Shown: positions 17,757 to 29,474 of the stretch, piece by piece
Position numbering within the stretch: position 1 is the first letter of the stretch
Layout: every line of letters starts with the position of its first letter
Origin: Gammaproteobacteria bacterium
GTDB lineage: Bacteria > Pseudomonadota > Gammaproteobacteria > GCA-001735895
DNA: 64,000 nucleotides
Assembly: GCA_014382695.1 (NCBI GenBank)
Contig: JACNJF010000194.1
Coordinates: 861 to 64,860, forward strand
Direction: 5' to 3'
Translations under genes and position numbers: made by a program
The notes under the pieces: model-generated
Seen by the model: the letters and a program-made list of their open reading frames with translations, nothing else
Told to the model about the DNA's origin: nothing
Databases searched by the model: none

Positions 17757-19847
17757 TTGGAAAGCGCTAATATCCTGATCGTAGAAGATGACCTTTTCGA
17801 GGCAGAGCATCTTAAACTACACCTGCAACAGGCAGGTCATCATATCGTAGATATCCTCAGCTCTGGCGAAGAAGCTATCGCCAGAGTTAACCACAATGGG
17901 ATCGATATCATGTTGGTGGATATCGTACTATCCGGAGAGCTGGATGGTATCGAGGCGGTACAACAAATCCGTAATAAACAGGATATTCCTGTCATTTTTC
18001 TGACCGCACATGTGAATGCTGATTTGCTGTTAAGGGCAGAACGAGCACGACCTTTCGCTTATCTACTCAAGCCCTATCGTCAGCTTGAGCTCGAATTCAT
18101 GATTAACATGAGTCTGGCCCGGAAGCGCGTTGAACAGGAATTGGCAACCCAGAAAGATCTGGCTGAAGCTGAATTACGTCAGGCTCAGGCCATTATTCAT
18201 CATACCAATGAAGGGGTGATGATTACGAACTCAGAAAGAATTATTATGTTCGTAAATCCGGCATTCAGCCGGATCACAGGTTATGAGCTGGATGACTGTA
18301 TCGGACAGAAAACGAGCATTCTGAATTCAGGCCGGCATGATGATGCGTTTTATGCCGATATCTGGTTTTCCATAGAGCATTACGGTCACTGGCAGGGTGA
18401 GCTATGGAACCGGCGTAAAAATGGTGAAATTTATCCGGAATGGTTGACGATAAATCCTATAGCTGAGCGTGATGGCAGTATCCGTCGTTATGTGGGTATC
18501 TTTTCTGATATCTCCAGCATCAAGCAGTCTGAAGCGGAGCTGGAACATCTCGCGCATCACGACCCGCTGACCAATCTGCCCAATCGCCTGTTATTGATGA
18601 CACGATTGCGCTATTCGCTACGCACCGCTTCCCGTCACCGACTGATGTGTGCGGTGCTGTATATCGATCTGGATCGTTTCAAGTTGATCAATGACAGCCT
18701 CGGGCATGAAATCGGGGATGTGGTTTTACAGACGGTTGCACGGCGATTCGAGAATCAGGTGCGCGAAGCCGATATGGTGGCACGTCTGGGCGGTGATGAA
18801 TTCGTGGTACTGCTGGAAGGCATCACTGATCCGGTCGATGCTTCGCTGATTGCACAAAAAATCATTCAGTCTCTGGAGCAACCGGTGATGGTGAATGACC
18901 ATCGTTTTTCGATCAGTTGCTCCATCGGTATTGCGATTTACCCGAAGGATGGGAATACGGTGGAGGACCTGTTACGTGATGCCGATTCGGCCATGTATCA
19001 GGCCAAAAAAATGGGTATGAACAATATCGTTTTTTACACCGAAGATATGACGCGTAAGGCTTATCGACGCATCAAACTCTACAGTGAGTTACGTCAGGCG
19101 CTGGTTAATCAGGAATTCAGACTCCATTATCAACCCCAGATCAATATGAAGTCAGCCAGCTTAATCGGGGTAGAAGCCCTGATCCGCTGGAAGCATCCTG
19201 AGAAAGGATTGATGGGGCCGAAGCATTTTATCCAGGAAGCCGAAGATACCGGACTGATCATTCCGATTGGAATATGGGTGTTGCAACAGGCCTGCCGGGA
19301 TATGAAGTCCTGGCTCGATAAGGGCCTGAAGTTTGGACGCGTATCGGTGAATGTCGCCGGTCCGCAGCTACAACGTGGTGATTTACTAACCGTGGTGAAT
19401 ATGGCGCTGGCAAAAGCGGAATTAAAACCGCAGTATCTGGAACTGGAGCTGACCGAGACCTATGCCATGGAACTGATAGAATCGCATCTACAGACACTCA
19501 ATGACCTCAACACCATGGGCGTCAGCATCGCTATCGACGATTTCGGTACCGGCACATCATCACTGAGTAAGCTGAAAAATCTGCACATCGACAAACTCAA
19601 GATTGATCGCTCATTTGTCACCGATATCCCGATGGATAAAAACGATGAAGCGATTACCCGTGCAATTATCGGGATGAGTCACACGCTGGGTCTGAGTGTG
19701 ATCGCGGAAGGGGTCGAGACGAAATCACAGGAACAGTTTCTGATTCGTGAAAACTGCCTGTTTGCTCAGGGCTTTCTATACAGCAAGCCGCTCAATATTA
19801 TTGAATTTGAAAAATTTGCGGCGAAATACAATCCACTACCGGATTGA
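17757..19847 (+). CDS. response regulator REC-PAS-GGDEF-EAL
   Basis: TTG start. REC domain (ILIVEDD...MLVDIVL), PAS domain, GGDEF with READ I-site, and EAL (EALIRW, DDFGTGTSSL). Confidence 0.9.
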   Translation: MESANILIVEDDLFEAEHLKLHLQQAGHHIVDILSSGEEAIARVNHNGIDIMLVDIVLSGELDGIEAVQQIRNKQDIPVIFLTAHVNADLLLRAERARPFAYLLKPYRQLELEFMINMSLARKRVEQELATQKDLAEAELRQAQAIIHHTNEGVMITNSERIIMFVNPAFSRITGYELDDCIGQKTSILNSGRHDDAFYADIWFSIEHYGHWQGELWNRRKNGEIYPEWLTINPIAERDGSIRRYVGIFSDISSIKQSEAELEHLAHHDPLTNLPNRLLLMTRLRYSLRTASRHRLMCAVLYIDLDRFKLINDSLGHEIGDVVLQTVARRFENQVREADMVARLGGDEFVVLLEGITDPVDASLIAQKIIQSLEQPVMVNDHRFSISCSIGIAIYPKDGNTVEDLLRDADSAMYQAKKMGMNNIVFYTEDMTRKAYRRIKLYSELRQALVNQEFRLHYQPQINMKSASLIGVEALIRWKHPEKGLMGPKHFIQEAEDTGLIIPIGIWVLQQACRDMKSWLDKGLKFGRVSVNVAGPQLQRGDLLTVVNMALAKAELKPQYLELELTETYAMELIESHLQTLNDLNTMGVSIAIDDFGTGTSSLSKLKNLHIDKLKIDRSFVTDIPMDKNDEAITRAIIGMSHTLGLSVIAEGVETKSQEQFLIRENCLFAQGFLYSKPLNIIEFEKFAAKYNPLPD

Positions 19848-20489
19848 AAAATTTGTAAGCAGTGTTTCAAACTCTGCCCGCGTTATATCGACGGCCCCCA
19901 TGTTGACCAGATGGCGAGTATTCATCTGACAGTCGATGATCCGATACAGGCCTGACTCCACCAGCGCTTTGAGACAGCATTTAGACGCGTTTTCGGCATG
20001 GCTGAACATCGATTCACCATAGAAAAACTGCCCGATCGCAACCCCATATAGCCCCCCCACCAGTATCTTGTCGGCACTCCAGCATTCATAGGAGTGCGCA
20101 TAACCAGCGTTGAATAGCGCGCTATAGGCATCGATCATGGCTGGGCTAATCCAGCTGCGCGGTTGATTCTTGCGCGGTTCTGAGCAGGCTTGCATCACAG
20201 CGCGAAAGCTCTGGTCGCGGGTAATCAGATAGGGTGACTTTTTGAGGAATTTCCGAAACGAGCGGTTGATGTGAAAATTCTGTGGAAACAGCACCGTGCG
20301 CGGAGCCGGTGACCACCACAGTATCGGTTCATGTTCATTGAACCAGGGGAAAATGCCGTGTCCGTAGGCTTCCAGCAACCACTCTACATTCAGCTGTCCA
20401 CCGGCGGCCAGCAGGCCATTCGGTTCCGTTAGTGCGCTGCCGGTGGGCGGAAAGTGCGCAGCTGATAGCGGGTTCAGCCAGGGGATCAA
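19836..20489 (-). CDS. aat: leucyl/phenylalanyl-tRNA--protein transferase
   Basis: Similar to E. coli Aat throughout (GLLAAGG, FPWF, WWSP motifs); the gene order matches E. coli. Confidence 0.9.
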   Translation of the reverse strand: MIPWLNPLSAAHFPPTGSALTEPNGLLAAGGQLNVEWLLEAYGHGIFPWFNEHEPILWWSPAPRTVLFPQNFHINRSFRKFLKKSPYLITRDQSFRAVMQACSEPRKNQPRSWISPAMIDAYSALFNAGYAHSYECWSADKILVGGLYGVAIGQFFYGESMFSHAENASKCCLKALVESGLYRIIDCQMNTRHLVNMGAVDITRAEFETLLTNFSIR

Positions 20490-21637
20490 GCGTTTTTCCG
20501 GTAGGGCGATTTTGCCAGCATTTCGGTACAGTACTGATCGATATACTGTTCTTCCTGTTGCAGGTAATGGCCAATGGCCTGCTGAAACTGTTGGTCGACA
20601 AACCAGTGTGCGGAACAGGTGCGTTGTGGCAGAAAACCACGACTGATCTTATGCTCACCCTGAGCGCCCGGATCAAAATGCTGCAGCCTGTTTTCGATAC
20701 AGAAATCGATGCCCTGATAGTAACAGCACTCAAAATGCAGATGGTTGTAATACTCTTCGCAGCCCCATAGACGACCGTACAGCGTGCTGTCGCTAACGAA
20801 AAACAGCGAAGCGGCAATGATCTCTTCCTGCTTTAGTGCCAGCACCACCATTACCCGCTGTTTCAGTGCCCGACCGATGCGACGGAAAAAATCTTCACTG
20901 AGGGTGGCGGTTCCATATTTACGCTGAAAAATGCCGGCGTAGAGTTGATGTACTCTGTGCCATTCGGCATCCGTTAGCTGATCCCCGTATTTGCGGCAGA
21001 TGGTGAGGTCTTCAGCGGCTACGGCAGCCCGTTCCTTGCGGATATTTTTACGCTTTCTGGAGCTCAGTTGTGCCAGGAAGTCAGCAAAGTTCTGGTAACT
21101 TTGGTTATGCCAGTGATACTGACAGTCATAGCGCAGCAGCAGTTGATGATTGGTAAACGATTTCACAATGCTTTCCCGTTCAAACAGTAAATGCCAGCCA
21201 CTAAGTTGATGAGTCTGGCAAAACTGCTGGATCAGTTGAATCAGTTGCAGCCTCAACTGATGCGCCTGTTGCGCATCACTAATCTGCCGGTGAATCAGAA
21301 AGCGTGGGCCGGTGGCCGGTGTATAGGGGATGGCGGTCACCAGTTTTGGATAATAGTTCTGGCCCGAGCGTTCGTAAGCCTGGGCCCAGGTGTGATCGAA
21401 CACCAGTTCGCCATACGAGTTGGACTTGATGTAGCAGGGTGTCGCCGCAAGCAGCGAAGCGCCATCATGCAGTAGAAAGTAAACCGGCTGCCAGCCGTAT
21501 TCGAGCAGACAGTGGTGCTGTTCCAGCGCCAGCAGAAACTCATGCCGGGTAAACGGGTAATCAGCCTCACCGAGTTGATTCCATTCGCTTTCTTCAATCT
21601 CGGTCAGGCTCTGTTTTATCGTTACCTCAAGCTTCAT
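20486..21637 (-). CDS. GNAT-fold acyltransferase of the FemAB-like/DUF482 family
   Basis: The 383-aa product has an N-terminus W..L....PF..H.FL.ALE.....GW.P typical of PF04339. Its stop overlaps the aat start. Confidence 0.6.
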   Translation of the reverse strand: MKLEVTIKQSLTEIEESEWNQLGEADYPFTRHEFLLALEQHHCLLEYGWQPVYFLLHDGASLLAATPCYIKSNSYGELVFDHTWAQAYERSGQNYYPKLVTAIPYTPATGPRFLIHRQISDAQQAHQLRLQLIQLIQQFCQTHQLSGWHLLFERESIVKSFTNHQLLLRYDCQYHWHNQSYQNFADFLAQLSSRKRKNIRKERAAVAAEDLTICRKYGDQLTDAEWHRVHQLYAGIFQRKYGTATLSEDFFRRIGRALKQRVMVVLALKQEEIIAASLFFVSDSTLYGRLWGCEEYYNHLHFECCYYQGIDFCIENRLQHFDPGAQGEHKISRGFLPQRTCSAHWFVDQQFQQAIGHYLQQEEQYIDQYCTEMLAKSPYRKNA

Positions 21638-21689
21638 GTAGGCTCTGGCTCACACTCGGTAGATGGCATTCCCCGGGCTAATTCGCGGC

Positions 21690-22688
<999 letters not shown>

Positions 22689-22857
22689 TTACATCAAAAA
22701 GCCGGCCGTATTGTGGTGAAATTTATAGGAAAATCAGGGTGAGATTTATTTAATACCCAAGTATCAAATTGCAAGGTTTCGTTTTGGGCGGGTTACTGTA
22801 AAATGATGCGAATTCGAGATGTAATCTTTCCCACTTCTATCCAGCATAAGGTCCACT

Positions 22858-25191
22858 TTGGCACAGGCAAAAGCAAAACCCCCGGTTAATTCGCAGGCAG
22901 ACGGCCAGATTCTGAGCAGTCAGTTTGATCAGCGCCTGCGTGAAGCTGGCATGCTGATCTCGTTTGCGCTGGCGATCTATATGCTGGTTGCACTGCTCAG
23001 CTATGATCCGGCCGATGCGGCGTGGTCGCATAGCGGACTGAATCAGCGTGCCACCAATTTTGGCGGTTCGGCGGGTGCCTGGCTATCCGATCTGCTGCTG
23101 TATCTGTTCGGTTATATGGCCCTGCTGCTGCCGGTGATGCTGTTTTATAACGGCTTCATTCTAGTGCGTGCAAAAATCAGCAGTGCTGAAGACCGTTATC
23201 AGATGCTGGCGGTGCGCTGGAGCGGATTTGCGCTGACCCTGATCTCCGGCTGCGCGCTGTCCAGCCTGCATTTTGCAATGGATAAATCGATGATGCCGCT
23301 GGATGCTGGTGGCATTCTGGGTCAGCTGGCGGGGCATAATTTTTCTCTTAGCATGGGTTTTCTGGGCGCGACCGTGCTCCATCTGGCGCTGTTTTTGTCC
23401 GGTCTCACCCTGTTTACGGGCCTGTCCTGGCTGGCGGTTCTGGATTATACGGGGAAGGGGACTCTGCGCGCTTTTGACTGGTTGAGCGATCAGTATTACC
23501 TTCTCAAGGATAGGCGTATCGGCAGTAAGCTACGTCATCAACGGGAACAGATTTTTACTGAGCATCTTCTGAAAAAGGAAACGCGCAAGCCAGTACGCAT
23601 CGAACCGGTGGTGAAACAGCTGGAACCGAGTGAGCGGGTGCTTAAGGAGCAACAGATTCCGCTATTCAATAAGTCCGATAATGAAAGCTTTATGCCATCG
23701 CTGTCACTGCTGGACAACCCGCCACCGCGTACCCAGGGCTATAGCCCGGAAGCGCTGATGGCGATGTCACAGCAGCTCGAATCCAAGCTGCTGGATTTTG
23801 GTATCGAGATTCAGGTTGAGTCGGTTCATCCCGGCCCGGTTATCACGCGTTTTGAAATCATGCCGGCGGCAGGGGTCAAGGTCAGTCAGATCTCCAATCT
23901 GGCAAAGGATCTGGCGCGATCACTTTCAGTGATTGCGGTCCGTGTGGTGGAAGTCATTCCGGGTAAATCGGTGATGGGGCTGGAGATACCCAACGAGCAT
24001 CGTGAAATCGTGGTACTCAGCGAGATTCTAAAGTCGAAAGCCTACGATCAATCACACTCGCCTTTGACACTCGCGCTGGGCAAGGATATCGGTGGTGAAG
24101 CGGTGGTAGCGGATCTGGCCAAAATGCCGCATTTGCTGGTGGCGGGTACCACCGGTTCCGGTAAGTCGGTGGCGGTGAACGCAATGCTGCTAAGCCTGCT
24201 GTTCAAGTCTACTCCGGAGCAGGTGCGGCTGATCATGATCGATCCGAAGATGCTGGAGCTGAGCGTGTACGATGGCATTCCGCATCTACTGGCTCCGGTG
24301 GTGACCGACATGAAGGATGCGGCGAATGGTCTGCGCTGGTGTGTAGCGGAGATGGAACGGCGCTACAAATTGATGTCCGCTCTCGGTGTGCGCAATATCG
24401 CGGGCTATAACAAAAAGGTTAAAGATGCCATCGCTGCGGGTGAACCGATCAAAGATCCGCTGTTTAATCGCGAGCAGGCGATGTTGATGAATCCGGATGC
24501 CGTACCGGAAGATCTGGACAAGCTGCCTTATATTGTGGTTGTGGTGGATGAGTTTGCCGACATGATGATGGTGGTGGGCAAGAAGGTGGAAGAGTTGATC
24601 GCGCGTCTGGCGCAAAAGGCACGTGCTTCTGGTATCCATCTGATACTGGCCACCCAGCGTCCGTCGGTGGATGTGATCACCGGCCTGATTAAATCGAATA
24701 TCCCGACCCGTATTGCGTTTCAGGTCTCATCCAAGATCGACTCACGCACGATACTGGATCAGATGGGCGCGGAAAACCTGCTCGGGCATGGCGATATGCT
24801 CTATCTGCCACCCGGTACCAGCCTGCCGGAACGTATCCACGGTGCGTTTGTGGATGATCATGAAGTTCATGATGTGGTCGCTGAAATCAAGAAGCAGGGG
24901 AAACCAAACTACGTGGAAGGGGTCTTACAGGAGCAGACTGCTCCGGTGTTACCGGGAGAAGTCGGTCAGGATTCGACCGGTGCCGATCAGGATGCGCTGT
25001 ACGATGAAGCGGTCGCAATCGTGACGGAAACCCGTAAGGCATCGATTTCGTATGTGCAGCGTCGCCTCAAGATTGGCTATAACCGGGCGGCTCGTATGAT
25101 TGAAGAAATGGAAGCCTCTGGAGTCGTGACTCCGGTGCAGTCGAATGGCAGTCGTGAAGTGCTGGCGCCTGCGCCACCCTCTATGGATTAA
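22858..25191 (+). CDS. ftsK: DNA translocase FtsK
   Basis: TTG start. N-terminal TM helices, a linker, then a C-terminal motor with Walker A (GTTGSGKS) and the gamma domain. Confidence 0.95.
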   Translation: MAQAKAKPPVNSQADGQILSSQFDQRLREAGMLISFALAIYMLVALLSYDPADAAWSHSGLNQRATNFGGSAGAWLSDLLLYLFGYMALLLPVMLFYNGFILVRAKISSAEDRYQMLAVRWSGFALTLISGCALSSLHFAMDKSMMPLDAGGILGQLAGHNFSLSMGFLGATVLHLALFLSGLTLFTGLSWLAVLDYTGKGTLRAFDWLSDQYYLLKDRRIGSKLRHQREQIFTEHLLKKETRKPVRIEPVVKQLEPSERVLKEQQIPLFNKSDNESFMPSLSLLDNPPPRTQGYSPEALMAMSQQLESKLLDFGIEIQVESVHPGPVITRFEIMPAAGVKVSQISNLAKDLARSLSVIAVRVVEVIPGKSVMGLEIPNEHREIVVLSEILKSKAYDQSHSPLTLALGKDIGGEAVVADLAKMPHLLVAGTTGSGKSVAVNAMLLSLLFKSTPEQVRLIMIDPKMLELSVYDGIPHLLAPVVTDMKDAANGLRWCVAEMERRYKLMSALGVRNIAGYNKKVKDAIAAGEPIKDPLFNREQAMLMNPDAVPEDLDKLPYIVVVVDEFADMMMVVGKKVEELIARLAQKARASGIHLILATQRPSVDVITGLIKSNIPTRIAFQVSSKIDSRTILDQMGAENLLGHGDMLYLPPGTSLPERIHGAFVDDHEVHDVVAEIKKQGKPNYVEGVLQEQTAPVLPGEVGQDSTGADQDALYDEAVAIVTETRKASISYVQRRLKIGYNRAARMIEEMEASGVVTPVQSNGSREVLAPAPPSMD

Positions 25192-25209
25192 CCCTTGAAT
25201 ATTAAAACC

Positions 25210-25836
25210 ATGAAAAATAGTTTAGTGATGTTAATGAGCCTGCTGCCAGCATTATCTTTGCCAGTGAGCGCGACAGAAGTTGAAGACCGGCTGAACCGTG
25301 CCATGGCTTCGCTCGATAATCTGCAGGCTGAGTTCAAACAGACTCTGATTGATGACAATAAGAAGATAGTGCAGCAGTCGATGGGGCGGGTTTCGATCCA
25401 GCGCCCTGGTAAATTCCTATGGATCTATGAACAGCCCTACGAGCAGCAGATCATTGCCGATGGTAAAGAGTTATGGGTCTACGATGTGGATCTGGATCAG
25501 GCCACGGTGAAGCCGATGGAAGCAGGGCTGGCTTCGGCACCGATCATGGTGTTGATGAAGCAGCAAAAGGTCGAAACCGAATTCGATGTGAGTGAAGTCG
25601 GTCAGCACAAATACCTGTACTGGATTGAGCTGACGCCGAAGAACACGGATATGGAATACACCCGAATCTATATCGGAATGGAGAATGAAACCATCAAGGC
25701 ATTGGAGTTGCGTGACAGCTTCGGTCAGAGTACCCAGATCGTGTTTGAGAATCAGCGCAATAATGTAATTTTCAAGCCGGATACCTTCAAGTTTGTGCCG
25801 CCTGCCGGAGTCGATGTGTTCGGGGTCGGTGGTTAA
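25210..25836 (+). CDS. lolA: outer-membrane lipoprotein carrier protein LolA
   Basis: Signal peptide followed by the LolA fold. Conserved position after ftsK. Confidence 0.9.
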   Translation: MKNSLVMLMSLLPALSLPVSATEVEDRLNRAMASLDNLQAEFKQTLIDDNKKIVQQSMGRVSIQRPGKFLWIYEQPYEQQIIADGKELWVYDVDLDQATVKPMEAGLASAPIMVLMKQQKVETEFDVSEVGQHKYLYWIELTPKNTDMEYTRIYIGMENETIKALELRDSFGQSTQIVFENQRNNVIFKPDTFKFVPPAGVDVFGVGG

Positions 25837-25845
25837 GCCTCTGTG

Positions 25846-27150
25846 ATGCAGGATCTGTTTGCCGTCGAGCATGCCTATCAGCCTCTGGCGGATCGTATGC
25901 GACCGCAGAATCTGCAACAGATGATCGGGCAGTCGCATCTGCTGGCGGCAGGAAAACCACTGCGCCAGGCGATAGAATCCGGGAAACTGCATTCGATGCT
26001 GTTCTGGGGACCTCCCGGCACCGGCAAGACCACCCTGGCCAGGCTGATCGCGCGCTACAGTGATGCTCAGTTTCTATCGGTATCAGCCGTGTTATCCGGC
26101 GTTAAGGACATCCGAGCAGCGGTCGATCAGGCCAGACAGTTCAGCGGTTTAACGGTTTTGTTTGTAGATGAGGTACACCGCTTTAATAAATCCCAGCAGG
26201 ATGCCTTTCTGCCGCATATCGAAGATGGCACCCTGATTTTTGTTGGGGCCACCACTGAAAACCCTTCGTTCGAGCTGAACAATGCGTTGTTATCGCGAAC
26301 TCGAACCTATCTGCTGAAGTCTTTCACGGAAGCGGAGCTATCGGCACTGGTGGATATGGCTTTGCAGGACAGTGAACGCGGTCTCGGCCAGTTACAGTTA
26401 AACATAGCAGATGATGCACGCGCGCTGCTGATCCGAGCTGCCGATGGCGATGCACGGCGTGTGCTGACCTTTCTTGAGATACTGGCCGATCTTGAAATCG
26501 ATGGACAGATCGGCGCAGAGCAGGTGTCCGAAGTGGTCAGTCATGGGCATCGACGGTTTGATAACAAGGGCGATATCTTCTATGAGCAGATCTCCGCGTT
26601 ACATAAGTCGGTACGCGGATCCGATCCAGATGCCGCGCTCTACTGGTTATGCCGGATGCTGGATGGCGGCTGCGACCCGCTGTATATCGCGCGCCGGGTG
26701 GTGCGTATGGCTTCAGAAGATATTGGCAATGCCGATCCGCGCGCTCTTGAAATCAGTCTCAATGCCTGGTCCTGTTTTGAGCGACTGGGTAGTCCGGAAG
26801 GTGATCTGGCGATTGCCCATGCGGTGATTTATCTGGCCTGTGCGGCGAAGAGTAATGCGGTATACAATGCTTTCAAACAGGCCATGAGTGCGGCGCGCGA
26901 AACCGGCAGTCTGGATGTGCCTGCGCATCTGCGCAATGCGCCCACGCAGTTTATGAAGGAACTGGGTTACGGGAAGGATTATCGTTATGCCCACGATGAA
27001 ATGGAAGCCTTTGCGGCTGGAGAAAAATATTTTCCGGATGAGATGCCTGTATCTCATTACTATCAGCCGGTCGAGCGTGGACTGGAAACTCGAATTGCAG
27101 AAAAACTACGTTATCTGCGCAACCTGAATAAACAACATGATGTTGAATAA
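25846..27150 (+). CDS. rarA: replication-associated recombination protein A (AAA+ ATPase)
   Basis: Aligns with E. coli RarA throughout, including [11 protein letters not shown] and DEVHRFNK. Confidence 0.95.
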   Translation: MQDLFAVEHAYQPLADRMRPQNLQQMIGQSHLLAAGKPLRQAIESGKLHSMLFWGPPGTGKTTLARLIARYSDAQFLSVSAVLSGVKDIRAAVDQARQFSGLTVLFVDEVHRFNKSQQDAFLPHIEDGTLIFVGATTENPSFELNNALLSRTRTYLLKSFTEAELSALVDMALQDSERGLGQLQLNIADDARALLIRAADGDARRVLTFLEILADLEIDGQIGAEQVSEVVSHGHRRFDNKGDIFYEQISALHKSVRGSDPDAALYWLCRMLDGGCDPLYIARRVVRMASEDIGNADPRALEISLNAWSCFERLGSPEGDLAIAHAVIYLACAAKSNAVYNAFKQAMSAARETGSLDVPAHLRNAPTQFMKELGYGKDYRYAHDEMEAFAAGEKYFPDEMPVSHYYQPVERGLETRIAEKLRYLRNLNKQHDVE

Positions 27151-27739
27151 ACCCTTTTCTGAATCCTGTGAGCAAAACAGGCTGCCCATCCGACAGGTAC
27201 TGGAACGCTATCTGGAAGGCCGTCGTACGCTACTGGAAATTGGCAGTGGTACCGGTCAGCATGCCATCTATTTCGCTACTGAGTTTCCAGCTCTGGTCTG
27301 GCAAACCAGTGATCTTGCGGAAAATCATTCGGGCATTGCGGCCTGGATCAAGGATAGCGGTCTTTACAACGTGCTATATCCACTGACACTCGATGCAGGC
27401 AGCGACTGGCCGGATCAGCAATATGATCTGTTGTTTTCGGCAAACACGCTGCATATCATGTCGCAATCGGCTGCTGAGCAGTTCATGCGCAGGGTTTCCG
27501 GCTGTATGCATGCGCAATCTGTGCTGCTGCTGTATGGACCGTTTAATTATCAGAATCTTTATACCTCAGACAGTAATGCACGCTTCGATCAGTGGTTGAA
27601 GCAGCGTGACCCTGCCAGCGGAATAAAAAACTTTGAATGGCTAAAAGACATAGCCGATCAGTCTGGTTTAGAATGCACGGAAGATTTCGCGATGCCCGCC
27701 AATAATCGACTGTTGGTATGGCAAAAAACAGGCGGTTGA
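27137..27739 (+). CDS. class I SAM-dependent methyltransferase, DUF938 family
   Basis: The GxGxG-like SAM motif [11 protein letters not shown]. Length about 200 aa. Overlaps the rarA 3' end by 14 nt. Confidence 0.65.
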   Translation: MMLNKPFSESCEQNRLPIRQVLERYLEGRRTLLEIGSGTGQHAIYFATEFPALVWQTSDLAENHSGIAAWIKDSGLYNVLYPLTLDAGSDWPDQQYDLLFSANTLHIMSQSAAEQFMRRVSGCMHAQSVLLLYGPFNYQNLYTSDSNARFDQWLKQRDPASGIKNFEWLKDIADQSGLECTEDFAMPANNRLLVWQKTGG

Positions 27740-27834
27740 AAACCTTAAGAAACTAAATCAGGCATTGCAGGACTAATTATTTAATCGCTGTACTGTCCAT
27801 AGAATTTAACTAACTTTACTTATTGAGAACCTCG

Positions 27835-28575
27835 ATGAAACCTATAAAACTTTACTTAAGCGCTGGATTATTGTCCTGTATGTCGCTCGCTTTCGCAGCC
27901 GAAAACGCTCCGGCTCCAGATGTTGATATCACCCAGCTACTCAAATCCAGACTTGGTGATGCAGAGGTGAGCGTGGCTCAGAAAACCCCGGCTGAAGGCA
28001 TCTATCAGACCAGCTTCGGCTCCAAAATTGCCTACCTGACCGGGGATGGCCGTTTCGTCATTGTCGGCGATATGATTGATCTACAAACTCAGGTCAATCT
28101 GACCGAGCTTTCGCGCAGAACGGTAAGCAAAAACGCGATCGATAAATTTGCCACCTCTGATCTGGCCATTTTCCCATCCATGAAAGAAACCACCGCTGCG
28201 GTATTGAATATTTTTACCGACTCTTCCTGCCCATACTGCAAAAAGCTGCACGAAGAAGTGCCAGAGTTACAGAAGGCCGGAATTGAAGTACGTTATTTCC
28301 CGTTTCCGCGCGGTGGTAACAGAGGGCCTGGCTATCAGACATTGAAGCAGGTCTGGTGCGCTGAAGACCGGGCGGCGGGGATGGATATTGCAAAAGAAAC
28401 TGCTGTTGGTGAATTACCTCCAGGAACCTGTGAGAATGCCAAAATTGTTGATCGAGGCTACTTACTGGGTAATGAAGTGGGTGTGACCGGTACCCCGGCA
28501 CTTTTTACCGAGAATGGAAAGAAAATTGATGGCTATGTGCCCTATCAAAACCTTATCCCGATGGTATTAAATTAA
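27835..28575 (+). CDS. dsbC: periplasmic thiol:disulfide interchange protein DsbC/DsbG family
   Basis: Signal peptide, an N-terminal dimerisation domain, and a thioredoxin fold with CPYC. Confidence 0.8.
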   Translation: MKPIKLYLSAGLLSCMSLAFAAENAPAPDVDITQLLKSRLGDAEVSVAQKTPAEGIYQTSFGSKIAYLTGDGRFVIVGDMIDLQTQVNLTELSRRTVSKNAIDKFATSDLAIFPSMKETTAAVLNIFTDSSCPYCKKLHEEVPELQKAGIEVRYFPFPRGGNRGPGYQTLKQVWCAEDRAAGMDIAKETAVGELPPGTCENAKIVDRGYLLGNEVGVTGTPALFTENGKKIDGYVPYQNLIPMVLN

Positions 28576-28752
28576 TACTATCTTCAGCGTTTTGGGAGTC
28601 CCGGCGTTGTAAGCCGAGGCTCCTGAACGTTAATCAGATTTACTAATAACAAAATGTTCTTAATTTAATAAGCTTATTCGCATAACTTTGTAGCACATTA
28701 GCCTTATAAAAAGCACAATCTCAAAGCTACCGTTAATCACCGAGACAAAACT

Positions 28753-29136
28753 ATGCAGTCATCAGATGGTCGGCCGATCTATCTTGATTTAAAGAATATC
28801 AAACTTCCAATATCGGGCATTATTTCGATTATGCACCGTGCCTTTGGAATTATTCTTTCTTTCTCCATACCCGTTTTAACATATCTATTTACCCTCAGTT
28901 TGCAAAGTGAGGATGGCTTTAATCAGGTTGCAGGCATGCTTGATTCTGGCTGGTTGTTCCCCGTTTATTTTTTCTTTATCTGGTCCTTCGTACATCATCT
29001 GTTTGCCGGTATTCGCTACCTGCTGATCGATCTCGAGATCGGTGTCGAGAAGCAGATCGCTACGAAAAGTTCTCAGGTGGTTTTAGTCGCCGCTCTGGTG
29101 GTGTCTTTTCTGCTTACGCTGGGAGTGGTGCTATGA
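28753..29136 (+). CDS. sdhC: succinate dehydrogenase cytochrome b556 subunit
   Basis: Membrane anchor of about 127 aa, first gene of the sdhCDAB operon. Confidence 0.9.
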   Translation: MQSSDGRPIYLDLKNIKLPISGIISIMHRAFGIILSFSIPVLTYLFTLSLQSEDGFNQVAGMLDSGWLFPVYFFFIWSFVHHLFAGIRYLLIDLEIGVEKQIATKSSQVVLVAALVVSFLLTLGVVL

Positions 29137-29474
29137 GTGGTTTTTCAGGAATGCAGGCCTGGCTGCTACAGCGTTTTAGCGCCATCTATATCGTATTGTT
29201 TGCCATCATATTGACCATGATACTGTGGGGTGGTGAAGAATTAAGCTACCCCACCTGGGTGGCATTATTTGCCCAGCCATGGCTGCAGGTGATGTCGAGC
29301 CTGTTTGTGGTCGCGTTACTTTTTCATGCCTGGATCGGGCTAAGAGATGTCATCCTGGATTATATCAAACCCGTTGGAATCAAAATGCTGGTTATGTCGG
29401 CGATAGTTTTTATGCTGCTAGCATCAGGATTCTGGTTATTACGTGCACTGTTACTAGTTGAAGTGATCTCATGA
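29133..29474 (+). CDS. sdhD: succinate dehydrogenase hydrophobic membrane anchor subunit
   Basis: 113-aa product with 3 TM helices; overlaps sdhC by 4 nt. Confidence 0.9.
   Translation: MSGFSGMQAWLLQRFSAIYIVLFAIILTMILWGGEELSYPTWVALFAQPWLQVMSSLFVVALLFHAWIGLRDVILDYIKPVGIKMLVMSAIVFMLLASGFWLLRALLLVEVIS

Noticed and set aside
28576-28752. Imperfect hairpin gggagtcccggcg...ccgaggctcc after dsbC as a terminator.
   Set aside because: The stem is imperfect and lacks a T-run, so I could not support it.
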